IMG/VR virus record: IMGVR_UViG_3300029181_000007
Length of the DNA: 42,124 nt
Origin: a virus
Direction: 5' to 3' (one strand)
Part shown: piece by piece, positions 15,869-24,699 of the stretch
Numbering within the stretch: position 1 is the stretch's first letter
Layout of the letters: each line of letters opens with the position of its first letter
Translations under genes and position numbers: made by a program
The notes under the pieces: generated by a model
What the model was told of the DNA's origin: nothing
What the model saw: only the letters and a program-made list of their open reading frames with translations
Databases searched by the model: none

Positions 15869-16492
15869 GTGATCTTGCCGATGGAAAACACCGAAAAGAT
15901 GATTTTTCCGGGCGTGGGCAAGTATGGCATCCCTGAAATCAAGCCGGAAACGGACATCCGCATTGACAAGCTGGAATGGATCCCGGTCAATTATGCGCTG
16001 ACAGCCAAAGACAAGGCCACAAAAGGCGTGCATTTTTACAAGGACGATTACCAGTTTGAACGGTTTTGGAACAACCCTGACAAATACATTCCCCTTTTGC
16101 AGCAGTTCGGCGCGGTATGTTCGCCGGATTTTTCGCTTTACAGCGATATGCCGCTTGCTGTACAGCTTTTCATGCACTACAAAAAGCACTGGCTGGCTGC
16201 ATACTGGCAGGCGCACGGCATCCACGTCATTCCAACGCTCTGCTGGTGCGGTGAGCAAAGCTATGATTGGTGCTTTGATGGTGAGCCTAGAAACGCCATC
16301 GTGAGCATTTCGAGCCACGGCACACAATCTGACCCATACGAAGCAGAGTGCTTTGCCAAACACTGCCGCAAGGCGCTGGAAGTGCTGCAACCAAGCGGTA
16401 TTTTGTGGTACGGCAAGTGTCCGGCAGAATTTGACTGGAACGTGACCAAAATCAAGCCATTTCAATACGAGAGGAGGCATTACCGTGAGTAA
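15869..16492 (+). CDS. DUF4417-like protein (moron inside the head module)
   Basis: KGVHFYKDDYQFERFWNNP...VCSPDFSLYSDMP...HYKKHWLAAYWQAHGIHVIPT matches the DUF4417 pattern by recall. GTG at 15869 or ATG at 15881. Confidence 0.6.
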   Translation: MILPMENTEKMIFPGVGKYGIPEIKPETDIRIDKLEWIPVNYALTAKDKATKGVHFYKDDYQFERFWNNPDKYIPLLQQFGAVCSPDFSLYSDMPLAVQLFMHYKKHWLAAYWQAHGIHVIPTLCWCGEQSYDWCFDGEPRNAIVSISSHGTQSDPYEAECFAKHCRKALEVLQPSGILWYGKCPAEFDWNVTKIKPFQYERRHYRE

Positions 16493-16994
16493 ACGAGGTT
16501 CGGGCAGCTCTGCGAGAGCGGGCGGCGGTGGATCTGGAGAAAAAGAAAAAGAGCTTTTTACCGTTGGGAAAGACGGTGTGCGTGTCTACGATGATTTGGA
16601 AACCGATTCAAAAACTGGTTGGCTGAGCGAACATAGCACATCGGCCGTAAAAGCTTTTAGAAGCCTGAGCGATGTTCATTGCAATTGGAACAAAGGCTTT
16701 GATGTTCTTGATGGGGACAAAAAACCGGTGCACATGAAAAGAAGCCAGCAATGGGACTACCTGAAAAACCAGAATATAAATTCTTTCATTTTACGAGTTC
16801 CAGAAGGCGACAAAAAAAGAGCCTTAAAACAGATGGAAGACTACGGGTATCACGTTGTTGCAAAATTGGCATCGAATTCAAAAGATAAGCGAATTTTTGA
16901 TGATAACGAGTTTTATATGTCCAAAAAGAAAATGCAGCGGCTTGGCTTGGATTTCAAGGTGGAAACCTACTGGAAAAAAGGATGGAAAGGCTGA
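16485..16994 (+). CDS. Hypothetical protein with Gly/Ser-rich N-terminus (AT-rich moron)
   Basis: GTG start overlapping the upstream gene. The DNA is visibly AT-richer than its flanks. 169 aa, lysine-rich. Confidence 0.55.
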   Translation: MSKRGSGSSARAGGGGSGEKEKELFTVGKDGVRVYDDLETDSKTGWLSEHSTSAVKAFRSLSDVHCNWNKGFDVLDGDKKPVHMKRSQQWDYLKNQNINSFILRVPEGDKKRALKQMEDYGYHVVAKLASNSKDKRIFDDNEFYMSKKKMQRLGLDFKVETYWKKGWKG

Positions 16995-17000
16995 TGCATC

Positions 17001-17450
17001 GTGAACTTTAACTACGACATCAAATTCACCGACAACACCCCGCAGCTGCATGAAGCTCTGAACTCGTGGGCAGAGCGGGTGCTGACCATCTGGGGCATGA
17101 CGGTGCAGGACTACGCCCAGCTGCTTGTGCCCACAGGCACGGAAGACAGCACGGGCATTGAGGGCTATGTGGGCGGTGCGCTCAAGCAGAGCCTGACCTT
17201 TGCCATCGACCTCGCAAAAAAGACCGTGACCATCGGCAGCAATCTGTTTTACAGCATGTATGTGGAGTTGGGCACAGGCATCTTTGCTGAGAAGGGAAAC
17301 GGACGCAAAACGCCGTGGGTCTGGAAGGACTTCAACGGCAAATGGCACTTTACCCGGGGCATGGCTCCCCGTCCGTTCCTCCGCCCGGCGGTGGAGGATC
17401 ACATTGACGAGCTGCGAGAGATCGCGGTAGAAGAAGGAAACAAGGAATGA
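17001..17450 (+). CDS. HK97 gp10-family head-tail protein
   Basis: GSNLFYSMYVELGTG...GMAPRPFLRPAVE matches the gp10-family motif (YA..vE.Gt ... PfLrPA). Confidence 0.7.
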   Translation: MNFNYDIKFTDNTPQLHEALNSWAERVLTIWGMTVQDYAQLLVPTGTEDSTGIEGYVGGALKQSLTFAIDLAKKTVTIGSNLFYSMYVELGTGIFAEKGNGRKTPWVWKDFNGKWHFTRGMAPRPFLRPAVEDHIDELREIAVEEGNKE

Positions 17451-17605
17451 ACGAAGAAAAGAACACTTGCTGCAACTGCTGCTGGCATGATGAATTTTCG
17501 TGGGTCTGTTTCAACGGCGGCTCTGAGCGGGCAGCTGATTTTACGGACCCGGAGGATACTTGCCCAGCATGGAAGGCAAGATTAGAAGAAGACAAGGGGG
17601 AATAA
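17447..17605 (+). CDS. Small Cys-rich protein (52 aa, below the ORF-track cutoff)
   Basis: ATGA coupling to the gp10-like gene. AAGGA lies 8 nt upstream. MNEEKNTCCNCCWHDEFSWVCFNGG...DTCPAW. Confidence 0.45.
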   Translation: MNEEKNTCCNCCWHDEFSWVCFNGGSERAADFTDPEDTCPAWKARLEEDKGE

Positions 17606-17607
17606 GC

Positions 17608-17793
17608 ATGAACCCGTCTCCGCAAGAATTGAGAATCGTTCAGGCGATGATTTGGACGATCATGTTTTTTCTCTGGAATTTTGGCGTTTTCACAGCACTC
17701 GGTATTGCAGGGAGAGAGCCAAAGTGGATTACCGTTGTTGGTATTGACGTTTTAGTTGCTATCGTCTTTCTGACATTCTATTGGATTCTCTAA
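17608..17793 (+). CDS. Small membrane protein (two TM helices)
   Basis: AAGGGGG lies 7 nt before the ATG. IVQAMIWTIMFFLWNFGVFTALGIAG and ITVVGIDVLVAIVFLTFYWIL. Confidence 0.55.
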   Translation: MNPSPQELRIVQAMIWTIMFFLWNFGVFTALGIAGREPKWITVVGIDVLVAIVFLTFYWIL

Positions 17794-17806
17794 AAACCAA
17801 ATACTC

Positions 17807-17838
17807 AGCGGTTGGCGCACAGCGTCAGCCGCTTTTTT
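17807..17838 (+). terminator. Rho-independent terminator
   Basis: agcggttgg / tcagccgct stem followed by TTTTTT. Confidence 0.6.
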
Positions 17839-17840
17839 AT

Positions 17841-17914
17841 GCCGTTTTCGCTCAATGGTAGAGCTGCTGATTTGTAACCAGCGGACGCGGGTTCGATTCC
17901 TGCAGACGGCACCA
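17841..17914 (+). tRNA. trnT: tRNA-Thr (anticodon UGU), CCA encoded
   Basis: Acceptor gccgttt/agacggc. D arm gctc-aatggta-gagc. Anticodon arm gctga-TTTGTAA-ccagc. T arm gcggg-ttcgatt-cctgc. Ends ACCA. Confidence 0.85.
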
Positions 17915-17989
17915 CACCGGCAGCACGTCCGGCAAATAAACCTTATTGCCAAGCATGGCAGCCCGAGCATGGGCAGAAAGGACTATCAC

Positions 17990-18577
17990 ATGGCACTCAA
18001 AAGAGCTGACATCCGCACGATTCTGGAGAACCCCGAAACCTCCAACGATGACAAGGCCAAGGCCATTCTGGACGCCCTGCACAAGGAGACGGACGAACTC
18101 AAAGACCAGCTGGATGCAGAAAAAACAGCCCGCACACAGGCCGAGAAAGACCGGGATGCAGCCAACGGCGGCAAGCAGGCCGCTGAAAAGGCGCTGACCG
18201 ACTACAAGGCCCAGCAGACCCAGAAAGACACCCACGCAGCCAAGGAAGCCAAGTTCCGGGAGCTGCTGAAGTCCGCCGGGGTACTGGACAAGTATGCTGA
18301 TCGGGTCGTGCGGCTGTCTGGCGAGGATATCGACAAGCTGGAGCTGGACGATAAAGGCGAGGTCAAGGACGCCAAGAAGCACGCCGACAGCCTGAAAGCT
18401 GATTGGAGCGACTTCGTAGGCACTACGATCACCACCGGCGCAAAGGTGGACACCCCGCCCACAAACACCGGCTCCAAAATGACCAAAGACCAAATTTTTG
18501 CAATCAAGGACGCTGGCGAGCGCCAGGCGGCCATTGCAGCAAATGCCGACCTGTTTACAGGCGGCGGAAAGGAATAA
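17990..18577 (+). CDS. Capsid scaffolding protein (GP20-like)
   Basis: Charged coiled-coil sequence (ELKDQLDAEKTARTQAEKDRDAA...) directly upstream of the major capsid gene. The longer ORF-track start would overlap tRNA-Thr. Confidence 0.75.
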   Translation: MALKRADIRTILENPETSNDDKAKAILDALHKETDELKDQLDAEKTARTQAEKDRDAANGGKQAAEKALTDYKAQQTQKDTHAAKEAKFRELLKSAGVLDKYADRVVRLSGEDIDKLELDDKGEVKDAKKHADSLKADWSDFVGTTITTGAKVDTPPTNTGSKMTKDQIFAIKDAGERQAAIAANADLFTGGGKE

Positions 18578-18580
18578 CAT

Positions 18581-19474
18581 ATGGCAGCAAAAGAAGGTAT
18601 CACCATGACCACCGATATCACCGTAGCCGCGCGTGAAATCGACTTTGTGACCCGTTTCCAGCGCAACTGGGACCATCTGCGCACCATTCTGGGCATCATG
18701 CGCCCCATCCGGATGCAGCCTGGCACCGTGCTCAAGAGCAAGTATGCACAGGGCACCCTGCAGAGCGGCACCGTGGGCGAGGGCGAAGAGATCCCGTTCA
18801 GCAAGTACACCGTCAAGGAGAAGGAGTACGGTAAGATCACCATCGACAAGTACGGCAAGTCTGTCACCCTTGAGGCAATCCAGAATTACGGCTACGATGT
18901 CGCCGTGCAGAAGACCGATGATGAGTTCCTGTACGACCTGACCGCTCTGGTAACGGATAAGTTCTACAAGTTCCTGAACACCGGCACCCTGAAGGGCACT
19001 CCCAAGACCTTCCAGATGGCGCTGGCACATGCCAAGGGCGCGGTCGAGAACAAGTTCAAGACCATGCATCGCACCGTGACCGGCGTTGTTGGCTTTGTCA
19101 ACGTGATGGACGTGTACGACTATCTGGGCAATGCCAATATCACCGTGCAGAACCAGTTCGGCTTCCAGTATATCAAGGACTTCATGGGCTACAACACCAT
19201 CTTCCTGCTGTCCGACAGTGAGATTGCGAAGGGAAAGGTTATTGCCACCCCGGTAGACAACATCGTCATGTACTATGTGGATCCTGCGGATAGCGAGTTT
19301 GCCCGCGCAGGTCTGGTCTACCGGACCGCAGGCGAGGCAAGCAACCTCATCGGCTTCCACACTCAGGCAAACTACAGCACCGCAACCTCCGAGAGCTACG
19401 CCATTATGGGCGTGACCCTGTTTGCTGAGTATCTGGACGGTATCGCTGTCGAGACCATTACCCCGGGCGAGTAA
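18581..19474 (+). CDS. Major capsid protein (HK97-fold type)
   Basis: 297 aa immediately after the scaffold gene. Composition and position are typical of SPP1-like siphovirus major capsid proteins. Confidence 0.85.
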   Translation: MAAKEGITMTTDITVAAREIDFVTRFQRNWDHLRTILGIMRPIRMQPGTVLKSKYAQGTLQSGTVGEGEEIPFSKYTVKEKEYGKITIDKYGKSVTLEAIQNYGYDVAVQKTDDEFLYDLTALVTDKFYKFLNTGTLKGTPKTFQMALAHAKGAVENKFKTMHRTVTGVVGFVNVMDVYDYLGNANITVQNQFGFQYIKDFMGYNTIFLLSDSEIAKGKVIATPVDNIVMYYVDPADSEFARAGLVYRTAGEASNLIGFHTQANYSTATSESYAIMGVTLFAEYLDGIAVETITPGE

Positions 19475-19500
19475 TCGCCCCTTTGTAAGGAGGACGCCCC

Positions 19501-19911
19501 ATGACTGTACCGGAGCTGTGCGTCTACACGCACAATTTCTTTGACCGGGCGGACGACCCCATTGCTGGGGAGTTCGCCTTTGAGCCGGATACCGTGCCCG
19601 CCGGGGTAGTGCCGGGGCAGTATTTCCTTGTGTGCGGCTCCATCTTCAATGATGGCGTGCACATGGCCGGAGACGGAGACCTCACCGCCGAGACCTTCAC
19701 CGGCACAGTGCAGCCCATGCGGGTTCCGCCTGACTTCGTGGCGCTGGCTGAAAAAATCGACGCATACGACAAGGCGCTCCCGTCCGGCGGCGTGTATGTG
19801 TCGCAGTCCTTTGCCGGGTGGTCCGGCACAATGGCTACAGGCGCGGACGGGATGCCCGCTGACGGCAAGACCCGCTATAAATCCGAGATCAATCAGTGGA
19901 GGAAGATGTGA
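19501..19911 (+). CDS. Virion protein, putative head-tail connector
   Basis: AGGAGG SD. Positioned between the MCP and the head-closure gene. Confidence 0.45.
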   Translation: MTVPELCVYTHNFFDRADDPIAGEFAFEPDTVPAGVVPGQYFLVCGSIFNDGVHMAGDGDLTAETFTGTVQPMRVPPDFVALAEKIDAYDKALPSGGVYVSQSFAGWSGTMATGADGMPADGKTRYKSEINQWRKM

Positions 19912-19912
19912 C

Positions 19913-20281
19913 ATGGTCAATCCGTTCGCTGCATCCACCGTGATGCAGAGCTTTACCAAAAAATACCGCTTTCAGACCCGCAGTTATGAGCCGGACGGTG
20001 TGGGCGGCTTTGTTTCCGGCTGGACGGACGGCCCAGAGTTTGAAGCCGTGGAGCGCCACGACACCACCGTGGAAGCTCAGGTGGCAGAGCAGGCCGACAC
20101 GGCATCTACTTACACGCTGCTTGTTGGCACCGGTGTTCCGCTGGCCTTCCCGGACTACATCAAGCGGGTGGACGGCGGGCAGACCTTCCAGATCACCAGC
20201 ACGGCAGATGAGGGCAAAGCCCCGCCGGAATCCGGCATGGGACTGCGAGCCGTCAAGTGCAAAAAGGCGGTGCTGCCGTGA
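19913..20281 (+). CDS. Head-tail adaptor / head closure protein (SPP1 gp16-like)
   Basis: Internal ATG at 19913 after GGAGGA. 122 aa. Position and size fit. Confidence 0.5.
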   Translation: MVNPFAASTVMQSFTKKYRFQTRSYEPDGVGGFVSGWTDGPEFEAVERHDTTVEAQVAEQADTASTYTLLVGTGVPLAFPDYIKRVDGGQTFQITSTADEGKAPPESGMGLRAVKCKKAVLP

Positions 20282-20658
20282 TGGGCCCGTCTGAGAGCAT
20301 CAACCGGGCACTGAACACGTTTTTCAACGGCTTTGGAATCCCGGGCTATCTGGAAGATAACATCCCTCCTGCCGCTTCACTGCCCTATCTGACCTACAAG
20401 CCCACCATCCCCGGCGGGTGGAACGAAACATCATCCTTCCACGCCCGGCTGTGGTACCCAAGCAAGGGCGGCAGGGCCCCCATCCTGCAAACCGAAGATA
20501 CGATCGGCGCGGCCCTCGAGGACAGCATAACGCTTTCCTGCGAGGGCGGCGCTATTCTTTTGCGCAAAGGCACCCCGTGGGCACAGCCCCTCGACAACCC
20601 GCCTGAAGGGTACCTGTGCGAGTACCTGAATTTTGAGATCACGCAGCTATGCGAGTAA
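20281..20658 (+). CDS. Tail completion / tail terminator protein (putative)
   Basis: Start coupled to the upstream stop (GTGATG). Lies immediately upstream of the major tail protein. Confidence 0.45.
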   Translation: MGPSESINRALNTFFNGFGIPGYLEDNIPPAASLPYLTYKPTIPGGWNETSSFHARLWYPSKGGRAPILQTEDTIGAALEDSITLSCEGGAILLRKGTPWAQPLDNPPEGYLCEYLNFEITQLCE

Positions 20659-20666
20659 GGAGAATT

Positions 20667-21242
20667 ATGGCAAGAAAATTTACCAAAATTTCCGCAGAAG
20701 CATTCAAGTCCATGCAGATCAACGCGGGCCTTGTGCTGAACAAGTTCGACACTGAGGGCCAGACCGCCGTTGCTGATGCCGACATCATCTGCGCAACCAC
20801 TGGCGGCATCACCGCAACCTGCACCCCCAACATCACCGACCTGGGCGAAGATGTGGACAACTGCCAGAAGAACACCGTGGAACTCATGGAAATTGAGGAC
20901 TACGACTGCACGCTGGCCTTCACCGCGCTGAATACCTCCGCCGAGGTCATCCGCATGGCGCTGGGCGCAGCGGACGTGGCCGGGGGCAAGGTAACGCCCC
21001 GCATGACGTTCAAAACTGACAAGACCACGGGCGACTTCAAAACCATTTGGTTTGTGGGCGACCTCATCGGCGGCGGTTATGTGGCTGTTCGGCTGGACAA
21101 CGCAATCAGCACGGGCGGCCTGTCCCTCAAGACAACTGACAAGGGCAAGGGCAATGTGTCCGTCACCCTGACGGGCTGTGTCCGAATGGGAGACGAGACC
21201 GTCCCCATGGAGTTCTTTGTGAGTGAAGACGCGGCAGCATAA
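20667..21242 (+). CDS. Major tail protein
   Basis: TAAGGAGA SD. 191 aa. Lies directly upstream of the tail chaperone pair and the TMP. Confidence 0.7.
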   Translation: MARKFTKISAEAFKSMQINAGLVLNKFDTEGQTAVADADIICATTGGITATCTPNITDLGEDVDNCQKNTVELMEIEDYDCTLAFTALNTSAEVIRMALGAADVAGGKVTPRMTFKTDKTTGDFKTIWFVGDLIGGGYVAVRLDNAISTGGLSLKTTDKGKGNVSVTLTGCVRMGDETVPMEFFVSEDAAA

Positions 21243-21254
21243 GGAGGACAACGT

Positions 21255-21659
21255 ATGAAAACCCTGAACCAGATGGACGAAACCGAGTTTCTGCGCCGCT
21301 GCTGGCTGATCGCAGACGCCGTTTCCGACCTTTTGGAGAAATCCAAGGTGGCGGAGCTGCGTAAGGTGATGCCGGTCCTGACCGGCAAGGAAACCCCGGA
21401 AGAGCTGGCACAGAAGAAGGATGAGCAGGCCAAGAAGAACATCAAGGCCATGGCAAAGAGCCTGCTTTTCGACAACGCAGAGGGCACTGCAAAGCTGTTG
21501 CCCCTGCTGTATGAGCCGGACGTGGACGAGGACGGTACGCCCGAAACCATGACGCCGTTCAAGACCCTGCGCGTCATCACCGCCACCGTGGAGGATAAGG
21601 ACGTGCTGGATTTTTTGTCCTCGTTGGTGAGGTTGGCGCAGACGGATATCGACGCTTAA
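21255..21659 (+). CDS. Tail assembly chaperone (gpG-like)
   Basis: Acidic 134-aa protein between the major tail protein and the TMP. It contains the slippery heptamer near its 3' end. Confidence 0.7.
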   Translation: MKTLNQMDETEFLRRCWLIADAVSDLLEKSKVAELRKVMPVLTGKETPEELAQKKDEQAKKNIKAMAKSLLFDNAEGTAKLLPLLYEPDVDEDGTPETMTPFKTLRVITATVEDKDVLDFLSSLVRLAQTDIDA

Positions 21660-21922
21660 CCTCCACCATCCGGCTGGATATGCTGCGGCTGATCGGCAAG
21701 CCGTACATTGCGCAGCACTGCATTACAGCTCTGCGGCAGGAGCAAATCGCACTCAGCTACCGGGCATATATGACCGACGCACTGGCCGTTCTGGCTGGTG
21801 AGCAAGAGCGTTGGTATGACAGTGTAGAGAGCCTTGTGGACAGCAGGCCGAAACCGCAGCAATCCCCGGAAGAAATCAAGACCCGCATTCTGAACGGCCT
21901 GAGAGGAGGTGAAACAACCTGA
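21255..21922 (+). CDS. Tail assembly chaperone frameshift product (gpGT-like; -1 shift at 21611-21617)
   Basis: T TTT TTG is in the zero frame. The -1 frame is open from 21599 to the stop at 21920-21922 and runs into ORF 21680-21922. Confidence 0.6.
21611..21617 (+). promoter_or_regulatory. Programmed -1 ribosomal frameshift slippery heptamer T TTT TTG
   Basis: X XXY YYZ pattern in the gpG reading frame (codons ttt 21612-21614 and ttg 21615-21617). Confidence 0.6.
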
Positions 21923-21933
21923 AACTTTTTGAA

Positions 21934-24699
21934 TTGAGCGCCACCCTCGGGCTGGACGACAGCGCCTACCGGCAAGGCGTGGAAGAGGCAAAGTCTCAGA
22001 CTAGGGACGCCGTCTCCACCATGATGAAAGATTATAATCGGCTGTACAGCGAGGTCATTCACCTTACGGCAGCCTACCAGAAATCACGGAGAGAGACCGG
22101 GGAAGCCTCCAAAGAAACTAAGGAATTTGCCCAGAAGCTGAAAGAAGCTCAGGCCCAACTCAATACCACGGCACAGGGACTGAAAACTGCGGAAGGGTAC
22201 ATGAACAGCTTTGGGGACGCCACATCGGGGTCCAGCAAGTCTCTGGCCGGTGCTATTGCACAAGGCACGATCATGGCGGGCCTTTTCTCAAAACTCAGCT
22301 CTGCCGCTCTTGCCGCTGCGAAAAGTTTCATTCAGTCTGGCATCGACTACAACGCCCAGATCGAGAAATACACCACCGGCTTTACCAATATGCTGGGCAG
22401 CGCGGAAGCTGCACAACAAGCCATGGCAAAGATTCAGGAGGACGCCGCCCGCACCCCGTTCAACGTCGAAGCTCTGACGCAGGCAAACCAGCTGCTTATC
22501 AGCGCGGGTGAAAACGCCGGGTATTCCGAAAAGGTCATTCTGGCACTTGGCAACGCAGTCAATGCGGCAGGCGGCGGCAATGCGGAACTGTCCCGCATGG
22601 CGCAGAACCTGCAGCAGATCGCCAACGTTGGCAAGGCTGCAAGCATTGACATCAAGCAGTTTGCTTATGCAGGCATCAACATCTATCAGGTTTTGGCCGA
22701 CTATACCGGTAAATCGGTGCAGGAAGTCCAGAACATGACCATCAGTTATGACTTGCTGTCTCAGGCTCTTATCGCAGCCAGCGAAGAGGGCGGGCGCTAC
22801 TACGGTGCTATGGAGACACAGAGCCAGACCATGAATGGGCGCATGTCTACCCTGCAGGACAATGTCAAGCAGCTGGCGGGATTGCTGACCGGCGATTTAT
22901 CCAGCGGCGTCGGCGTTGTAATCGGCAATCTGAACGACATGCTCGTCGCAGCACAGGAAGCCTACAAAACCGACGGGTGGATTGGTCTTGCGGGCGCAAT
23001 TACCGGGTTGAGCGGCCCAATTTCGTCCGTCAAATCCTGGTTTGAGGGCTTTGCTTCCAGTGCCTCCACCTGGCTGGACAAGCTGAGCTATAAGCTCAAT
23101 CGCTTTCTGGGGAAAGCGGCCACAGCGGATTACGACACATACGAGGAGTATGCAGACGCAAACCTCCGCCAAAGCAACCGCGACCGCTTACGGCAGCAAG
23201 CTCTTGCAGGCGTTGGCGTCAGCAATAAGAGCTGGTCCCAGCGGCAGGCGGAGTTGGCGGCAGCCAATGGCAACGGGGGCAGCTCCATCGTCACCACAGG
23301 CAGCGGCTCTTCCGGCAGAAAAAAATCCGGCTCCAAGTCCACCACCGAAACGGTCATTTCATCCATCTCCAGCACGGCTACCACCACCGCGCAGAATGCG
23401 CTGGGTACCGTGACCACCAGCATCCAGACCCTTGCCGAAAAGGTCAAGGACAGCTCCGGCAAGATCAAAGACCGCATCACCGAGACCACCACCACGACCG
23501 GCAAGGAGATGGTGAACGGTGTTGCCACGACCTTTAAGCAGGTCGAGACCAAAGTCAACGGCACGGTCACAAAGGTCACAAAGACCTATGACGACATGTC
23601 AAAAACGCTGCTGGGCACCTTTACCAACGTCTCGGAAACCACCTTTGACGGCATCACCACAAAGGTGCAACAGGCGGTGGAAAAGTACGCGGACGGCAGC
23701 GAGCATATCAAGAAAACCGTCACAGAGACCGGCCAGCGCGTCGGCGAGAACGGCGCGGAGACCTACGAGAAGATCATCACCTACATCGACGGCGTTCAAG
23801 ACAAGGTGAACGAGACCTCTACTCTTATCGACAAGAGCGTAAAGGGCACCCAGAGCCGCATTGACCAGCAGCTGAGTGAGGCTTCCGGCCAGCTGGATAA
23901 GGGCATTTTCGGGCTGGTAAAAAGCGCCTTTAGTGACGCCAAAAATGGCGACTGGGGCGGTCTCGCTCTAGATTTTGTCAATCTAATCTGGGGCGAAGTG
24001 TCGCAGGGCCAGCGCGAAACAATTTCCAAGTGGTTTGACAACGCCCTTGCCGCCGTGAACGAATCTTACTATGGCGGTGGTCTGAAAAGTGCATTTACCG
24101 CGGTGGAAAGCCTGTTTAAAGGCGGCATTGTGCCGGGCGTAAACAACGCCACGACGGCAGTTGATTCCTTCTCTAAGGTCGTGAGCGGGCTTGCGAGCTC
24201 TGGCGGCGTTGGCGGCGCACTTGGCAGCGTTGTGCAGGGTTTTTCTGGTATGGCTGGCGGCATCACGTCTGCGCTTGGCACTGTGGTGTCGTTCATCTCT
24301 GCAAACCCAGTCCTTGGCGTCATTCTCGGCGTTGGCGCTGTGGGTGCTGTAGCTGGCGGCATCGGGCTTTCGCTGTGGGCAAAAAACAAAAAGAGCAAAG
24401 ACCCGGTCAATAATTACAAGAGCCCGTTTGACGATGTGGGCGTTTACGACAGCCTGAGCGAGTTTTCTACGCGGTCTGCGATGCAGTACCGCGTGATCGG
24501 ACAGAGCAGCCACGCAGACAAGCAGACCAGCATTCTGGAGCGCATCGAGGAGCTTCTGGACGAGCATCTGCCTGCCATTGGCACCGGTCAGGTGGTCATG
24601 GATTCCGGCGAGCTGGTGGGCGTTATTTCGCCCAGGATGGCACAAAATGTTGACGCGCGCATCGGTGTGACCGTGACGCGGAAAGCGAGGGGTGTGTAA
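21934..24699 (+). CDS. Tail tape measure protein
   Basis: 921 aa, Ala/Gly/Ser-rich and helical. Hydrophobic Gly-zipper segment GVILGVGAVGAVAGGIGLSLWA. The start is uncertain: TTG at 21934, or CTG at 21919 which lies 9 nt after AGGAGG. Confidence 0.9.
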   Translation: MSATLGLDDSAYRQGVEEAKSQTRDAVSTMMKDYNRLYSEVIHLTAAYQKSRRETGEASKETKEFAQKLKEAQAQLNTTAQGLKTAEGYMNSFGDATSGSSKSLAGAIAQGTIMAGLFSKLSSAALAAAKSFIQSGIDYNAQIEKYTTGFTNMLGSAEAAQQAMAKIQEDAARTPFNVEALTQANQLLISAGENAGYSEKVILALGNAVNAAGGGNAELSRMAQNLQQIANVGKAASIDIKQFAYAGINIYQVLADYTGKSVQEVQNMTISYDLLSQALIAASEEGGRYYGAMETQSQTMNGRMSTLQDNVKQLAGLLTGDLSSGVGVVIGNLNDMLVAAQEAYKTDGWIGLAGAITGLSGPISSVKSWFEGFASSASTWLDKLSYKLNRFLGKAATADYDTYEEYADANLRQSNRDRLRQQALAGVGVSNKSWSQRQAELAAANGNGGSSIVTTGSGSSGRKKSGSKSTTETVISSISSTATTTAQNALGTVTTSIQTLAEKVKDSSGKIKDRITETTTTTGKEMVNGVATTFKQVETKVNGTVTKVTKTYDDMSKTLLGTFTNVSETTFDGITTKVQQAVEKYADGSEHIKKTVTETGQRVGENGAETYEKIITYIDGVQDKVNETSTLIDKSVKGTQSRIDQQLSEASGQLDKGIFGLVKSAFSDAKNGDWGGLALDFVNLIWGEVSQGQRETISKWFDNALAAVNESYYGGGLKSAFTAVESLFKGGIVPGVNNATTAVDSFSKVVSGLASSGGVGGALGSVVQGFSGMAGGITSALGTVVSFISANPVLGVILGVGAVGAVAGGIGLSLWAKNKKSKDPVNNYKSPFDDVGVYDSLSEFSTRSAMQYRVIGQSSHADKQTSILERIEELLDEHLPAIGTGQVVMDSGELVGVISPRMAQNVDARIGVTVTRKARGV

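Noticed and set aside
16485-16994. An ADP-ribosyltransferase toxin (an R...STS...QxE pattern: VRVY, HSTSA, KQMED) downstream of the MuF-like gene.
   Set aside because: The Arg-to-STS spacing of about 18 aa is much shorter than in known R-S-E ARTs. The sequence around QME does not resemble the ARTT loop/ExE strand. The motif match is probably chance.
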